NCBI GenBank assembly: GCA_035509375.1
Contig: DATJLP010000007.1
Location: forward strand, 9,848 to 73,847
Direction of reading: 5' to 3'
From: Candidatus Acidiferrum sp.
GTDB taxonomy: Archaea; Micrarchaeota; Micrarchaeia; Micrarchaeales; Micrarchaeaceae
DNA: 64,000 bases
Part shown: positions 53,246 through 62,747 of the stretch, piece by piece
Layout of the letters: each line of letters begins with the position of its first letter
How positions within the stretch are numbered: position 1 is the first letter of the stretch
The notes under the pieces: generated by a model
The model's database searches: none
What the model saw: the letters and a program-made list of their open reading frames with translations, nothing else
What the model was told of the DNA's origin: nothing
Made by a program: the position numbers and the translations under genes

Positions 53246-54202
53246 ATGGCATTGTTTTACTGGATTAATTATGCGGTGCTTGCTTCATTCCTGACGCTGT
53301 TCACGATAGAGATAGGCGTGGCACTGTCCTTCATCTTCGCATATGAAAGCTCTAAAGACAAGTTGAGGAGGTATCTGAACCCGATCTGGCAGATAACAGG
53401 AACGTTTGCGGTTTTCTACGTTGTTAATTTTGTTACGACCTTCCCAACCGCGCTTGTTTTTGTGGGCAATTTCTACATAGCGCCGCTTCTCGGGGCGGCC
53501 CTTTTCTTCATATTGAGGAATGCCTTCTTGGTGTATAGCGAGTATGTGAATGATCCTGTCAAGGAAAAGAAATACCTAAGGGTGTATAGCTTTTCGGCCC
53601 TTTTTGCGGCCTTTTTGGTAATCTCTGTGCTTTCTTCTGGAGTAAGCGGCTATGGGGTCAATTTAAGCACCGGTACGGCAAGCGTGATTGCGATTCTGTT
53701 TAACCCGTTTGACATGCTGGTGTTCGCCTCTGTCGCTTTGCTGGGGCTCTTCATAGATTCTGTGGTGTTTTCGATAGAGCCGTTCAGGAAGATAGGGCCG
53801 ATATGCGGGCTGGTTGCCTTGGTACTCGTCTTCTTTGGGCTGGCAGCCTACCTTCCTTACTCGATACAAAACCTGGGGGCGAATATTCCGCTGTTTACGC
53901 TTCTTTTTGTTCTTTTGTTTGCGATAATACTATTCAACCTTGTCAGAAACAAAATTGCAAGATACATTTCGTTCGTTTGGCTCTTCTATTCGATAATTTT
54001 CTTTGGCGTGCTCCAATACCCATATTGGTTTGGAGGGAGCGCACTGTCGTCCAGCTACCTTGTAAATGCGATTGTAGGCCACTATGCCGTGCTGATAACA
54101 ATTGTCGGAGGCATATTCCTTACAATTGCGTTATCAGCCTTTGCATACATAACCTATTTTAAGAAAGATTACCAGAATAAAATTCAAAATAAAAGGTATT
54201 AG
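53246..54202 (+). CDS. cydB: cytochrome bd-type quinol oxidase subunit II (divergent)
   Basis: Polytopic protein 2 nt after cydA. NPIWQITGTFAVF resembles the CydB GPVWDGNEVWL region. Confidence 0.65.
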   Translation: MALFYWINYAVLASFLTLFTIEIGVALSFIFAYESSKDKLRRYLNPIWQITGTFAVFYVVNFVTTFPTALVFVGNFYIAPLLGAALFFILRNAFLVYSEYVNDPVKEKKYLRVYSFSALFAAFLVISVLSSGVSGYGVNLSTGTASVIAILFNPFDMLVFASVALLGLFIDSVVFSIEPFRKIGPICGLVALVLVFFGLAAYLPYSIQNLGANIPLFTLLFVLLFAIILFNLVRNKIARYISFVWLFYSIIFFGVLQYPYWFGGSALSSSYLVNAIVGHYAVLITIVGGIFLTIALSAFAYITYFKKDYQNKIQNKRY

Positions 54203-54853
54203 ATGTCAATCCAAACTGTTGTTCAGTTTTCTACAGTTGCAATATTTGCCCTGACCTTTGTGCTCTCTTTCTTCATTACAAGGGAGTTCTACAGCAAAAG
54301 AAGCAGGAGCCTAATGTTCTGGAGCCTGGGGCTATGGATGTTCGCCCTTGCCGCGCTCCTTGAAATAGTGTTTGCCTATGGGATATACAACCAGCCCTTG
54401 ATAAAACTCTATCTGTTTGTTGTGGCCCTGGTTGTTGAGTTCCTTGCGCTGGGCTCGGCAAACCTTCTGAAATCGAAGGCAGTGATCAGGTATTACTATA
54501 TTTTCTGCCTGGTTACAACTGCTGCCCTTGGCATCTCGTTGATACCTGCGGCCATAGGCAATATACTGGTAACATATGTGGTTTATGGGGCGCTTCCTCT
54601 ACTGATAACAATTACTTCATCGGCTATCGCCCTTCCAGCCGCCGGGGTGCTTATCGCCATTGCTGCGCTTAGTTTTTCCAAGACCAGGAATCCTAAGATG
54701 CTGAGCATCATCGCCGGCGTGGTGATAGTGAGCATAGGCGGCCTACTGTATATAACGGTCTTCCCGGTATTCCTCTACTACTCCGAATTCATAGGGATAG
54801 TGCTGCTTTGGCTCGGCTTCTTTGACCTAAAGATGCTAAGGCTCAGATCATGA
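54203..54853 (+). CDS. hypothetical polytopic membrane protein coupled to cydAB
   Basis: 216 aa with about 7 helices. Its ATG immediately follows the cydB stop. Confidence 0.45.
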   Translation: MSIQTVVQFSTVAIFALTFVLSFFITREFYSKRSRSLMFWSLGLWMFALAALLEIVFAYGIYNQPLIKLYLFVVALVVEFLALGSANLLKSKAVIRYYYIFCLVTTAALGISLIPAAIGNILVTYVVYGALPLLITITSSAIALPAAGVLIAIAALSFSKTRNPKMLSIIAGVVIVSIGGLLYITVFPVFLYYSEFIGIVLLWLGFFDLKMLRLRS

Positions 54854-55529
54854 ATACGGCCAGAAGGATCACCCATACCGATAAAGGCACGGTAAGGTTG
54901 TCGTAGTTTCCCGGGGTTGCTACCTCTACAAGCATCGCTACGGCCGATGCCGATGCGGCCACAAAAAGGAAATTGATGTTTGATGCAGGGAAGAATACGC
55001 TGAGGAACACATAGATGCTTATCAGGCTTCCGAAAAAGAGCGCAACGCTTCCCTCGAATGTCTTTTTTATGCTTGGGCGGCGGTTGCGGGCGTACTTCCC
55101 CACTATTGGGGCAATCCCGTCTCCAAAGACCATGGCGCACAACGCAGCGACGCCTATGAAGCTTCTGAACGCAATGAGGGTGAACACCACGAACATCGAT
55201 ACAAAGATCAGCGGCCCATATACAACCTCGTATATGTCGTTCATCTTGGCGAACTTCAGCACCTTGTCAAAATACTTTGAGCCTTTTGGAATGCCTGAGA
55301 GCATTGCTCCGATGAAGGCGAGCGGCGGGACCGCAAAAAGGAGCTGTGCGTAGCTGCTGTTGAAGAGGAACCAGAATACTATCAGCCCGCCCATCCACAG
55401 GTGGATTATCTTCCTTGCCGTGCCCTTTGAGACCCTTTTCCTTTCTACAAGGAGGTCCATCGCGAGCGCTATGGAGAATATGTAGATGAGCTCGAGTATT
55501 TCTATCGAGATGTTGTAGATGAAGGCCAT
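54843..55529 (-). CDS. CTP-dependent polyprenol (dolichol/phytol) kinase / cytidylyltransferase-family membrane protein
   Basis: RKIIHLWMG and FGDGIAPIVGKY....KKTFEGSVA motifs, typical of the dolichol-kinase/CDS family. Confidence 0.6.
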   Translation of the reverse strand: MAFIYNISIEILELIYIFSIALAMDLLVERKRVSKGTARKIIHLWMGGLIVFWFLFNSSYAQLLFAVPPLAFIGAMLSGIPKGSKYFDKVLKFAKMNDIYEVVYGPLIFVSMFVVFTLIAFRSFIGVAALCAMVFGDGIAPIVGKYARNRRPSIKKTFEGSVALFFGSLISIYVFLSVFFPASNINFLFVAASASAVAMLVEVATPGNYDNLTVPLSVWVILLAVFMI

Positions 55530-55542
55530 CGGAGCGCCGATA

Positions 55543-56067
55543 CTACTTTACGCCAAGGTGCTCGAGGATCGGGTTCATCGACTCCTCAAGAGCGCTTGAG
55601 TCCTTGATCGTTATTATGTTGCCGTCTATCTCGAAGCCCTTTTCGGAAGGCACCCCGTGGAACAGGAGAACGGTCCTCTTCGTCTCCTGGTCTTCTGGCA
55701 GGGCGAGCTTCTTGCCCTTGATTATGTTGGCCCTCGCAAGTATCTTGGTTGCGTTTCCTATGGCGGCAACGTACTTCTTGCTGTTGTTGAACTTCATTGC
55801 AACATCAAGGAGCGGGCGGAACTCCGGAAGCTTGTAAGCCTCTACTCCCGCGCCGTCGACAAGTATTATGCCGTCATATTCGGAGGCCTCTACCTTGTTG
55901 GTGTTTATGTCGGCCCTGTAGCTCGCCCCGTGGGTGCCTATGCACTCCTTGGTGCTGTAGCTGGTTATTTGGTAGCCGACGCCCCACCTGTCAAGAAACA
56001 TCTTTATTGTTGCAACCGACTCGTCCTTGAAATCATTTGGGGGTATGAAGATGAGGAATTTCATCAT
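55543..56067 (-). CDS. DJ-1/PfpI-family protein lacking the nucleophile Cys
   Basis: DJ-1 fold pattern (YDGIILVDGAG). The nucleophile elbow reads AAIGNAT instead of AAIC(H)G. Confidence 0.65.
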   Translation of the reverse strand: MMKFLIFIPPNDFKDESVATIKMFLDRWGVGYQITSYSTKECIGTHGASYRADINTNKVEASEYDGIILVDGAGVEAYKLPEFRPLLDVAMKFNNSKKYVAAIGNATKILARANIIKGKKLALPEDQETKRTVLLFHGVPSEKGFEIDGNIITIKDSSALEESMNPILEHLGVK

Positions 56068-56068
56068 G

Positions 56069-56812
56069 TCACGATTCCATATACGGTGCGAGGAAGTATG
56101 CCACTGTTGCGTCCCCTATCTTGTAATCGACCTTTACAGGCTCCTCTGTCTTGAGCGAGAGCATTATAGAGTTGCCCGGCGGGCATGCCCTGACGATCCT
56201 GTCAAGGTAATCAAGGTTGAAGGTCACGGAAGAGGCCTTTGTCACGCTCAGCTTCTTTACGAAGTCGGTGTTGCCAGAGTGCTCCTCCTCGAGCTCTGCG
56301 GCGTCGCCCTTTGCTATTATTCTGAACACCTCCTTCTCTGTCTTGAAGCCGATTAGCGTTGATAGCGAGGTTGCGTCCTTCAAGACCTCCCTGAACGGGT
56401 CGCTCTTTACCTCAACCGTTGATTCAAACTCTATCTTGGGCTCCTTGTCGGCCTCTTTCTTGACATCTATCATTGGGAGCTTGTACCTTCTCCTGCTGTT
56501 CTCTCCAACGAACTCGATCGAAAGCTTGTTGTTAGAGTCCTTTATCAGAAGGTGCTCGTTGCTCCTCGAGCTTGAGAGTATCTTGCTCAGGTTCTCTAGG
56601 TTTATGCCGATTGATGTTGGCTTCTCAACCTCATATTTCGAGAACGCCTTGCTTGGTATGAAAAAAGAGACCATGCTGATCCCAGAGGGGTCCATGGCCT
56701 TGAGAGAGATGCCCTCTTTTGTTATGCTGAAGGCGCCCTCGTCGACCAGGCTGACTATCGAATCGACACAGTTCCTCCAGTACCTAGCATCATCTATCTT
56801 TATATCGAACAT
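56069..56812 (-). CDS. pcn: DNA polymerase sliding clamp PCNA
   Basis: 247 aa. The N-terminus MFDIKIDDARYWRNCVDSIVSLVDEGAFSITKEGISLKAMDPS is typical of archaeal PCNA. Confidence 0.85.
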   Translation of the reverse strand: MFDIKIDDARYWRNCVDSIVSLVDEGAFSITKEGISLKAMDPSGISMVSFFIPSKAFSKYEVEKPTSIGINLENLSKILSSSRSNEHLLIKDSNNKLSIEFVGENSRRRYKLPMIDVKKEADKEPKIEFESTVEVKSDPFREVLKDATSLSTLIGFKTEKEVFRIIAKGDAAELEEEHSGNTDFVKKLSVTKASSVTFNLDYLDRIVRACPPGNSIMLSLKTEEPVKVDYKIGDATVAYFLAPYMES

Positions 56813-56897
56813 ATAACCACAGTAATAGCATATCTATTCTGTCGTAAAGGAATAAAAAGATATGCAAATCCCGTGAATAAGGGAATACTACGAGGTT

Positions 56898-58277
56898 TCA
56901 GACAGCGTTTTTGGGGTCCAGAACCCTCTGCAATGTCCTTCTGTCAAGTATCTTTTTCTCAATGCAGACCTCCATTATGCTCTTCCTGCCAAGATATGCC
57001 TCCCTTGCGATCTTTGATGCCTTGGCATAGCCTATGTATGGGGTGAGGGCCGTTGCTATTGAAAGGTCCATGTTTAGATGCCAGGCGATTGTGCCTTTCT
57101 TTGCCCTTATTCCCGTTATGCAGCTCTCGGTGAATGCGTGTATGGCGTTGGAGAGTATGTTTATTGAGAAGAGCAGGTTATAGGCCACTATTGGCATGAA
57201 AACGTTTAGCTCGAGCTGGCCGGATGCCGCCGATATGTCTATTGTATGGGAGAGGCCGATCACTTCGAACCCCACCATGCCGAGCATCTCAGGCACACTG
57301 GGGTTTATCTTTCCAGGCATTATCGAAGAGCCTGGAAGAAGCTCTGGCAGGATTATCTCTCCGATGCCGCCGCGCGGCCCGGAGGTCATCAGCCTGAGGT
57401 CGTTTGCTATCTTTCCTGTAGCTATTGCGATCTCCTTTAGCGCATTGCTCACCATCAGCTCGTCCTGCTGGCTCTGCTGGACCTTGAACTTGTTGTCAGA
57501 GATGAAAAACCTGCAGCCCGTCATCATGTTTATCTGCTTCAGGGCGTTTCTTGCATAGGTCTTGTCCGCGTTGATGCCGGTTCCCACAGCCGTTCCTCCA
57601 AGTGGAAGTTCCAATAGGGCGTGCTGTGCATACCTCAGATTATCAATGGTTTTTGATATTGCGCCGGCATATCCCCTGAACTCCTGCCCTAGCGTAATCG
57701 GCACTGCATCCTGGAGGTGCGTTCTTCCCACTTTTATTATTTTTGAGAACTGCTTTGCCTTTCTGTTCAGGGCATTTGATAGGTTCTTGAGCTCCGGAAG
57801 AAGAGTTTCGCCGATTACGCGATAGCAAGAGATGTGAATGGCAGAATGGAAGATGTCGTTGGTGGACTGGCTCATGTTGACGTGGTCGTTCGGGTGCACA
57901 ACCTTGTAGTCGCCCTTCTTTCCTTTCAATATCGTGATCGCTCTGTTTGCGATTACCTCATTTGCATTCATGTTTGTGCTTGTGCCCGCGCCGGCCTGAA
58001 ACACGTCGGTGACAAAATGCTCTGAAAGCTTTCCAGAAAGTATCTCGTTGCATGCCTTGACTATGGCGGATCCCCTTCTCCTGTCCAGCTTCCCAGTGCT
58101 CATGTTTGCCAGCGCTGCCGCCTTCTTTATTAAAACGAGCGATTCGATGAACCTCCAGTCAATCTTGAGGCCAGATATCTGGAAGTTGTTTACCGTCCTC
58201 TGGGTCTCGGAGCCGTAGTAGGCCTCCTCCGGCACCCTCACCTTGCCAAGGACATCCGATTCTGTTCGATACTTCAT
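56898..58277 (-). CDS. class II fumarase/aspartase-superfamily lyase; signatures favour aspartate ammonia-lyase
   Basis: GSSIMPGKINPSVPE SS-loop. VPEEAYYGSETQRT and FQAGAGTSTNMNANEV resemble aspartase (QGGAGTS) more than fumarase (QTGSGTQ). Confidence 0.8.
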   Translation of the reverse strand: MKYRTESDVLGKVRVPEEAYYGSETQRTVNNFQISGLKIDWRFIESLVLIKKAAALANMSTGKLDRRRGSAIVKACNEILSGKLSEHFVTDVFQAGAGTSTNMNANEVIANRAITILKGKKGDYKVVHPNDHVNMSQSTNDIFHSAIHISCYRVIGETLLPELKNLSNALNRKAKQFSKIIKVGRTHLQDAVPITLGQEFRGYAGAISKTIDNLRYAQHALLELPLGGTAVGTGINADKTYARNALKQINMMTGCRFFISDNKFKVQQSQQDELMVSNALKEIAIATGKIANDLRLMTSGPRGGIGEIILPELLPGSSIMPGKINPSVPEMLGMVGFEVIGLSHTIDISAASGQLELNVFMPIVAYNLLFSINILSNAIHAFTESCITGIRAKKGTIAWHLNMDLSIATALTPYIGYAKASKIAREAYLGRKSIMEVCIEKKILDRRTLQRVLDPKNAV

Positions 58278-58288
58278 GCTATTACATC

Positions 58289-59293
58289 CTACTTATCTTT
58301 TATAATCCTGTCCATGGCCTCTGTTTTGAGCAGCTGTATCGCTGTTGCCGGGTCTACCCCCTTAGGGCACACTTTGGAGCAGGCCCCGGCGAACTCGCAG
58401 CCCCAGAGCCCTTCTATGCTGTTGACCTCGTCTATCCTCTTTGAGCCCTTGTCATCCCTAGAATCGGCGGCGTATCTTTGTACCTGAGAGAGGGCCTGCG
58501 GGCCGATGAACCCTGGGTTCGTGTTAACGACAGGGCAGGCGTCCATGCAAAGCCCGCACATTATGCAATACGAGTACGGGAGGAATTTTTCGACCTCATC
58601 TTGCGTCTGAGCGTACTCTTTCTTTGCAGCATACTGCGCTTTTGCGTCCTTTTTGTACAGGTGTGGGCTGACCGAGCTGTGCTTTGCAAAGAAATCATCG
58701 AAATCGTTAACCAGGTCCTTCAAAAGAGGGTGGGCCTGCATAGGCGCGACATCTATCGTGTCATCCTTTGCGGATTTCATGATGTTGGTTTCGCAGGCCA
58801 GGGAGGGTTTGCCGTTTATCACCACCCCGCACGATCCGCAGATGCCCATTCTACAGCTGTACCTCATTGAGAGAGTGTTGTCGCATTTTTCCTTTATTTG
58901 AAGTATGCCGTCGAGCACGGTTGTGAACCTGTCAACTTTTATTTTGTACGGCTGCTTCTCCATTTTGGCCTTCGAATTATTGAAGCGTGTAACGTTAATC
59001 GTTATCTCTTTTGTCTTGCCGCCAGGCTTCTGCCCTTTTTGCGAAATTTCTGGAAGTGTCTGGGATATGACGTTTGCGTTTATTGGAATTCCGGATGTTG
59101 CACCGCCTTTTACGTAAGCCTCTCGGGCCCCGAACACGCCGAATACAAGAAGGCCTATTGCAGCTAGCGGAAGAAGCGCTGCATTCGCTGCAGGATAAAA
59201 GAGATATGAGAGCACCGACAGGAGCATTATGACGGGTGTTCCCATGAGAGAGATGTATAATGGCAGTGCGCTCATGGACCTCATATAAACCAC
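58289..59293 (-). CDS. sdhB: succinate dehydrogenase/fumarate reductase Fe-S subunit with N-terminal two-helix membrane extension
   Basis: SCRMGICGSCG...C (2Fe-2S), CIMCGLCMDACP (4Fe-4S) and CEFAGACSKVCP (3Fe-4S). The first roughly 60 aa are hydrophobic (LPLYISLMGTPVIMLLSVLSYLF and LLPLAAIGLLVFGVFGA). Confidence 0.85.
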   Translation of the reverse strand: MVYMRSMSALPLYISLMGTPVIMLLSVLSYLFYPAANAALLPLAAIGLLVFGVFGAREAYVKGGATSGIPINANVISQTLPEISQKGQKPGGKTKEITINVTRFNNSKAKMEKQPYKIKVDRFTTVLDGILQIKEKCDNTLSMRYSCRMGICGSCGVVINGKPSLACETNIMKSAKDDTIDVAPMQAHPLLKDLVNDFDDFFAKHSSVSPHLYKKDAKAQYAAKKEYAQTQDEVEKFLPYSYCIMCGLCMDACPVVNTNPGFIGPQALSQVQRYAADSRDDKGSKRIDEVNSIEGLWGCEFAGACSKVCPKGVDPATAIQLLKTEAMDRIIKDK

Positions 59294-59697
59294 ACGTATA
59301 GAAGGGCTGCGAACCCGATGACCCAGACGAGCAGCGCGGCATATGGAATTACCCGATACATGACTGCAAGCCTGGCGCCGACATGGTTTTTCGCTGACTC
59401 TGTATAGGACTTATTCAGGCGTCCGAAAACAAACCCCCTTGTCTGTATCAATGAGATACCTTTTGCGGTCTCGAACACCTGCGGGGTGAAAAGGACCCAG
59501 ACGGCTAGAAAAAGGGCTTGGAAGATTGCAAAGTCCAGTTTGGTCGCATAGCTGTACACGAATGCAGCGAATGTGAGTATGGAAAATATTATGAGAATCC
59601 TGTAGAAGAGCATGTGTATGAATGCCTCTGCATCAAATTGGGCGAGCCTGGCTATGCTGGTCTGCCTTCCTCTCGAGTCATATATCTGCTTCTCCAT
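59281..59697 (-). CDS. three-helix membrane protein, candidate SDH membrane anchor
   Basis: 138 aa lying between sdhA and sdhB, overlapping the sdhB start by 13 nt. It has three hydrophobic helices. Confidence 0.5.
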   Translation of the reverse strand: MEKQIYDSRGRQTSIARLAQFDAEAFIHMLFYRILIIFSILTFAAFVYSYATKLDFAIFQALFLAVWVLFTPQVFETAKGISLIQTRGFVFGRLNKSYTESAKNHVGARLAVMYRVIPYAALLVWVIGFAALLYVWFI

Positions 59698-59701
59698 AAC
59701 A

Positions 59702-61441
59702 TCAGTATTTTCTTGCCATTGGTTTCCATTTTGTTATCTTGACAGGCAGGTATGATATTACTATGTCCCCATTTTCTGCCCTTGCTATAGTGTGCTTCAG
59801 CCAGCGCCTGTCGTCCCTCTTCTTGTAGTCCGTCCTGGTGTGCGCGCCCCTGCTCTCCTTCCTGTTTATCGCGCACTCTATCGTCACCTGTGACAGGTCC
59901 AGGAGGTTTCCTATCTCGAGCGTGTCTCTCAAATTCGTATTAAAGGTCTTGCCCTTATCGGATATGTGTATGTCGGAATACATCCCCTTGAGCTTTGCTA
60001 TTCTCTTTTTGGCCTCGAGCATGCCCTTCCTGCTCCTGAATACATACATGTGATCCTCCATGGCCTTCTGAGCCTCTTCCTTTATCAGATATGGGTCATT
60101 TTGCCCGTTTCCATCAATCATGGCGTTTATCCTCTCTTCGCTGTCCTCTGCCATTTTCTTTGCAGCTTCCTTTTCAACCCCATTTGCCATTGCGAACTCT
60201 GCGGCAGCCGTCCCGGTTATCCTTCCCCAGACAGCGCATTCGCTGAGAGAGTTGCTGCCCAGCCTGTTTGACCCGTGCACGCTGACGCACCCGCACTCTC
60301 CCGCCGCCCATAACCCTTCTGTAGGCCTCTTCGGATCCTGGGACATTATCCTTCCATTCACGTCTGTGTGTATGCCGCCCATTGTGAAGTGCGTGGCAGG
60401 CCTTACGGGTATCATCTCTTCCACTGGGTCCAAGCCCAGGCTCTTTATGGAGATCTCCCTGATCATGGGCAGGCGCTCGTCCAGCTTTTCCCTGCCAAGG
60501 TGCCTCAAATCCAGGTATACGTGCTTCATCCCTGTGCCTTCCTGCGCGACTCCCCTTCCCCTATCTATTTCTGTCATTATCGCCCTTGATATTATGTCCC
60601 TCGGCGCAAGCTCCATGACGCTCTTCGCGTAGTTTTTCATGAACCTTGAGCCCTTCGAGTTGATAAGGTAGCCGCCTTCTCCGCGCGCTGCCTCTGTTAT
60701 CAGTATTCCGCTTGGGACGAGCGCCGTTGGATGGAACTGCACAAACTCCATGTCCTTAAGGGGAAGGCCGCTCCTGTACGCAAGGGCCGTCCCGTCGCCC
60801 GTGGCAGAATGAGAGGTTGTGGTAAAATTGTACATCCTGGAGTGGCCTCCTGTCGCTATTATGCAGGCTGGCGCCCTGAAGAGCTTTGCTGTGCTTGTTG
60901 CGAGGTCGATTGCGGATAGGCCGATGAACCTGTTTTTGCCGATGTGAAGCGCTGTTGCGAAGTGCTCGTGGAACCTGTCTATGCTTTTGATGCCCAGTAT
61001 TGTGTCGTAGAGCGCCCGCATTATGAAAAAGCCGGTCTTGTCTGCAGCGAAGGCGGTCCTCTTGACGCTCATCCCCCCAAATGCCCTCAAGACTATATCG
61101 TCGTCTTCGTCTCTGGACCATGGAACGCCGAGGTGCTCCAGGAACCTTATCTCATTTGGAGCGTTCTTGACGAGGGTCTCTATGGCCTGCTGGTCGGCAA
61201 GGTAGTCTGACCCCTTTGCGGTGTCGTAGCCGTGAAGGTCGAAAGAGTCCCTGCTCTTGTCAGGGTAAAGGACGCCAGATATCCCTCCCTCTGCCGATAT
61301 AGAATGGCTTCTCATCAGGTGCAGCTTCGATATCACCGCTATCTTCCTGTCGTCTCCGAGGATTTTGCTCGCGTGTATTGCTGCGGTTAGCCCGGCAATG
61401 CCACTGCCAAGAATTACAAGATCATAGTCCAGTATCTCCAT
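59702..61441 (-). CDS. sdhA: succinate dehydrogenase/fumarate reductase flavoprotein subunit
   Basis: DLVILGSGIAGLTAA (FAD), RSHSISAEGG (covalent-FAD His) and HPT.. / ESRGAH motifs. Confidence 0.9.
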   Translation of the reverse strand: MEILDYDLVILGSGIAGLTAAIHASKILGDDRKIAVISKLHLMRSHSISAEGGISGVLYPDKSRDSFDLHGYDTAKGSDYLADQQAIETLVKNAPNEIRFLEHLGVPWSRDEDDDIVLRAFGGMSVKRTAFAADKTGFFIMRALYDTILGIKSIDRFHEHFATALHIGKNRFIGLSAIDLATSTAKLFRAPACIIATGGHSRMYNFTTTSHSATGDGTALAYRSGLPLKDMEFVQFHPTALVPSGILITEAARGEGGYLINSKGSRFMKNYAKSVMELAPRDIISRAIMTEIDRGRGVAQEGTGMKHVYLDLRHLGREKLDERLPMIREISIKSLGLDPVEEMIPVRPATHFTMGGIHTDVNGRIMSQDPKRPTEGLWAAGECGCVSVHGSNRLGSNSLSECAVWGRITGTAAAEFAMANGVEKEAAKKMAEDSEERINAMIDGNGQNDPYLIKEEAQKAMEDHMYVFRSRKGMLEAKKRIAKLKGMYSDIHISDKGKTFNTNLRDTLEIGNLLDLSQVTIECAINRKESRGAHTRTDYKKRDDRRWLKHTIARAENGDIVISYLPVKITKWKPMARKY

Positions 61442-61444
61442 CTA

Positions 61445-62740
61445 TTACTCATCCCTTTTGTTCAGCCTCGCAACGCCCTTCTCTATCTTGCTGTATCTTG
61501 AGAGCATCATTTTTGTCTCCTCCTTCACCTGCCCCGCATCAACATGCACCATTGCAACGCCGGATTTCACCGCCGCGTCGGCCACCCTGGTTGCAATCTT
61601 TACCGCCATGGCGGTGTATTCCTTCAGGTTGCCGAACTTAGGGATTATGTAATCTGTTGAGCGCTGCGACCGCTTAACCGATGATGCTATCGCGTCGCTG
61701 GCAGCTATGACCATCTCCTCTGTGACTCTCGAGGCCCTTGAAGAGAGCATGCCCCTGAAGAAACCGGGGAATGCAAGGTAGTTGTTTACCTGGTTGGGGG
61801 TGTCGCTCCTTCCTGTAGCTACAATTGAAGCGCCCGCGGCCTTTGCGTCTTTGTAATCTATCTCTGAATCCGGATTTGCAAGTGCAAATACTATCGGGTT
61901 GCTGCCCATCTCTTTTATCATGCCGCTGGTAAACGCTCCCTTTGTGGAGGCTCCTATTAAGACATCGGCTCCCTTGACAGCGTCTGCCAGCTCGCCCCTC
62001 TGTGAATTCCTGTTTGTGGTTTTTGCAATCCATTCCTTGAATTCATTCATGTTTGTCTGCCTGCCCTCATATATCACGCCTGCGGAGTCGCACACGGTTA
62101 TGTCTCCGGCCTCTGAAGCCGCGAGTATCTCCGTTATTCCGAGCCCTGCGGAGCCCGCTCCATTGATAACTATCTTTGCGGACTTCATCTTTTTCCCAAC
62201 GACTGCAAGGGCGTTGATCAGTGCCGCCCTGACAACTATGGCGGTCCCTTCCCTGTCATCGTGGAAGATCGGTATGTTTAGGCTCTTTTCTAATCTCTTC
62301 TTTATGTTGAAGGCCTTCGGAACCTCTATATCCTCAAGGTTTATCGCTGCGACAGACGGCTGTATCAGCTCTATGAACTTGACTATGTCATCCTCGTGTT
62401 TGGATTTTAGCGCTATTGGTATCGCGTCTACCCCTCCAAACTTCTTGAAGAGGATCGACTTGCCCTCTATTATCGGCATCTCCGCCTCCGGCCCGAGGCT
62501 ACCCAAACCCAGGACCCTTGTTCCATCCGTCACTATGGCCACAGTATTGGCCCTGTTTGTGTATTCGTAGGAGAGCTCCGTGTTCTTGCCTATGGCGCTG
62601 CTCACATCGGCAACTCCGGGTGTGTAGTAAATGGAAAGGTCTTTGCTGTCGTTTAGCGCCACTTTGCCTATTATCTCTATCTTGCCCTTGTACTTCTTGT
62701 GCAGGGCGAGAGCCTCTTCTCCTATAGGATTGTCATTCAT
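61445..62740 (-). CDS. NAD(P)-dependent malic enzyme (short, MaeB N-terminal type)
   Basis: YTPGVA, VTDGTRVLGLGSLG, MPIIEGKSILFKKFGGVDA and INGAGSAG motifs. Confidence 0.85.
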   Translation of the reverse strand: MNDNPIGEEALALHKKYKGKIEIIGKVALNDSKDLSIYYTPGVADVSSAIGKNTELSYEYTNRANTVAIVTDGTRVLGLGSLGPEAEMPIIEGKSILFKKFGGVDAIPIALKSKHEDDIVKFIELIQPSVAAINLEDIEVPKAFNIKKRLEKSLNIPIFHDDREGTAIVVRAALINALAVVGKKMKSAKIVINGAGSAGLGITEILAASEAGDITVCDSAGVIYEGRQTNMNEFKEWIAKTTNRNSQRGELADAVKGADVLIGASTKGAFTSGMIKEMGSNPIVFALANPDSEIDYKDAKAAGASIVATGRSDTPNQVNNYLAFPGFFRGMLSSRASRVTEEMVIAASDAIASSVKRSQRSTDYIIPKFGNLKEYTAMAVKIATRVADAAVKSGVAMVHVDAGQVKEETKMMLSRYSKIEKGVARLNKRDE

Positions 62741-62747
62741 GAAAACA

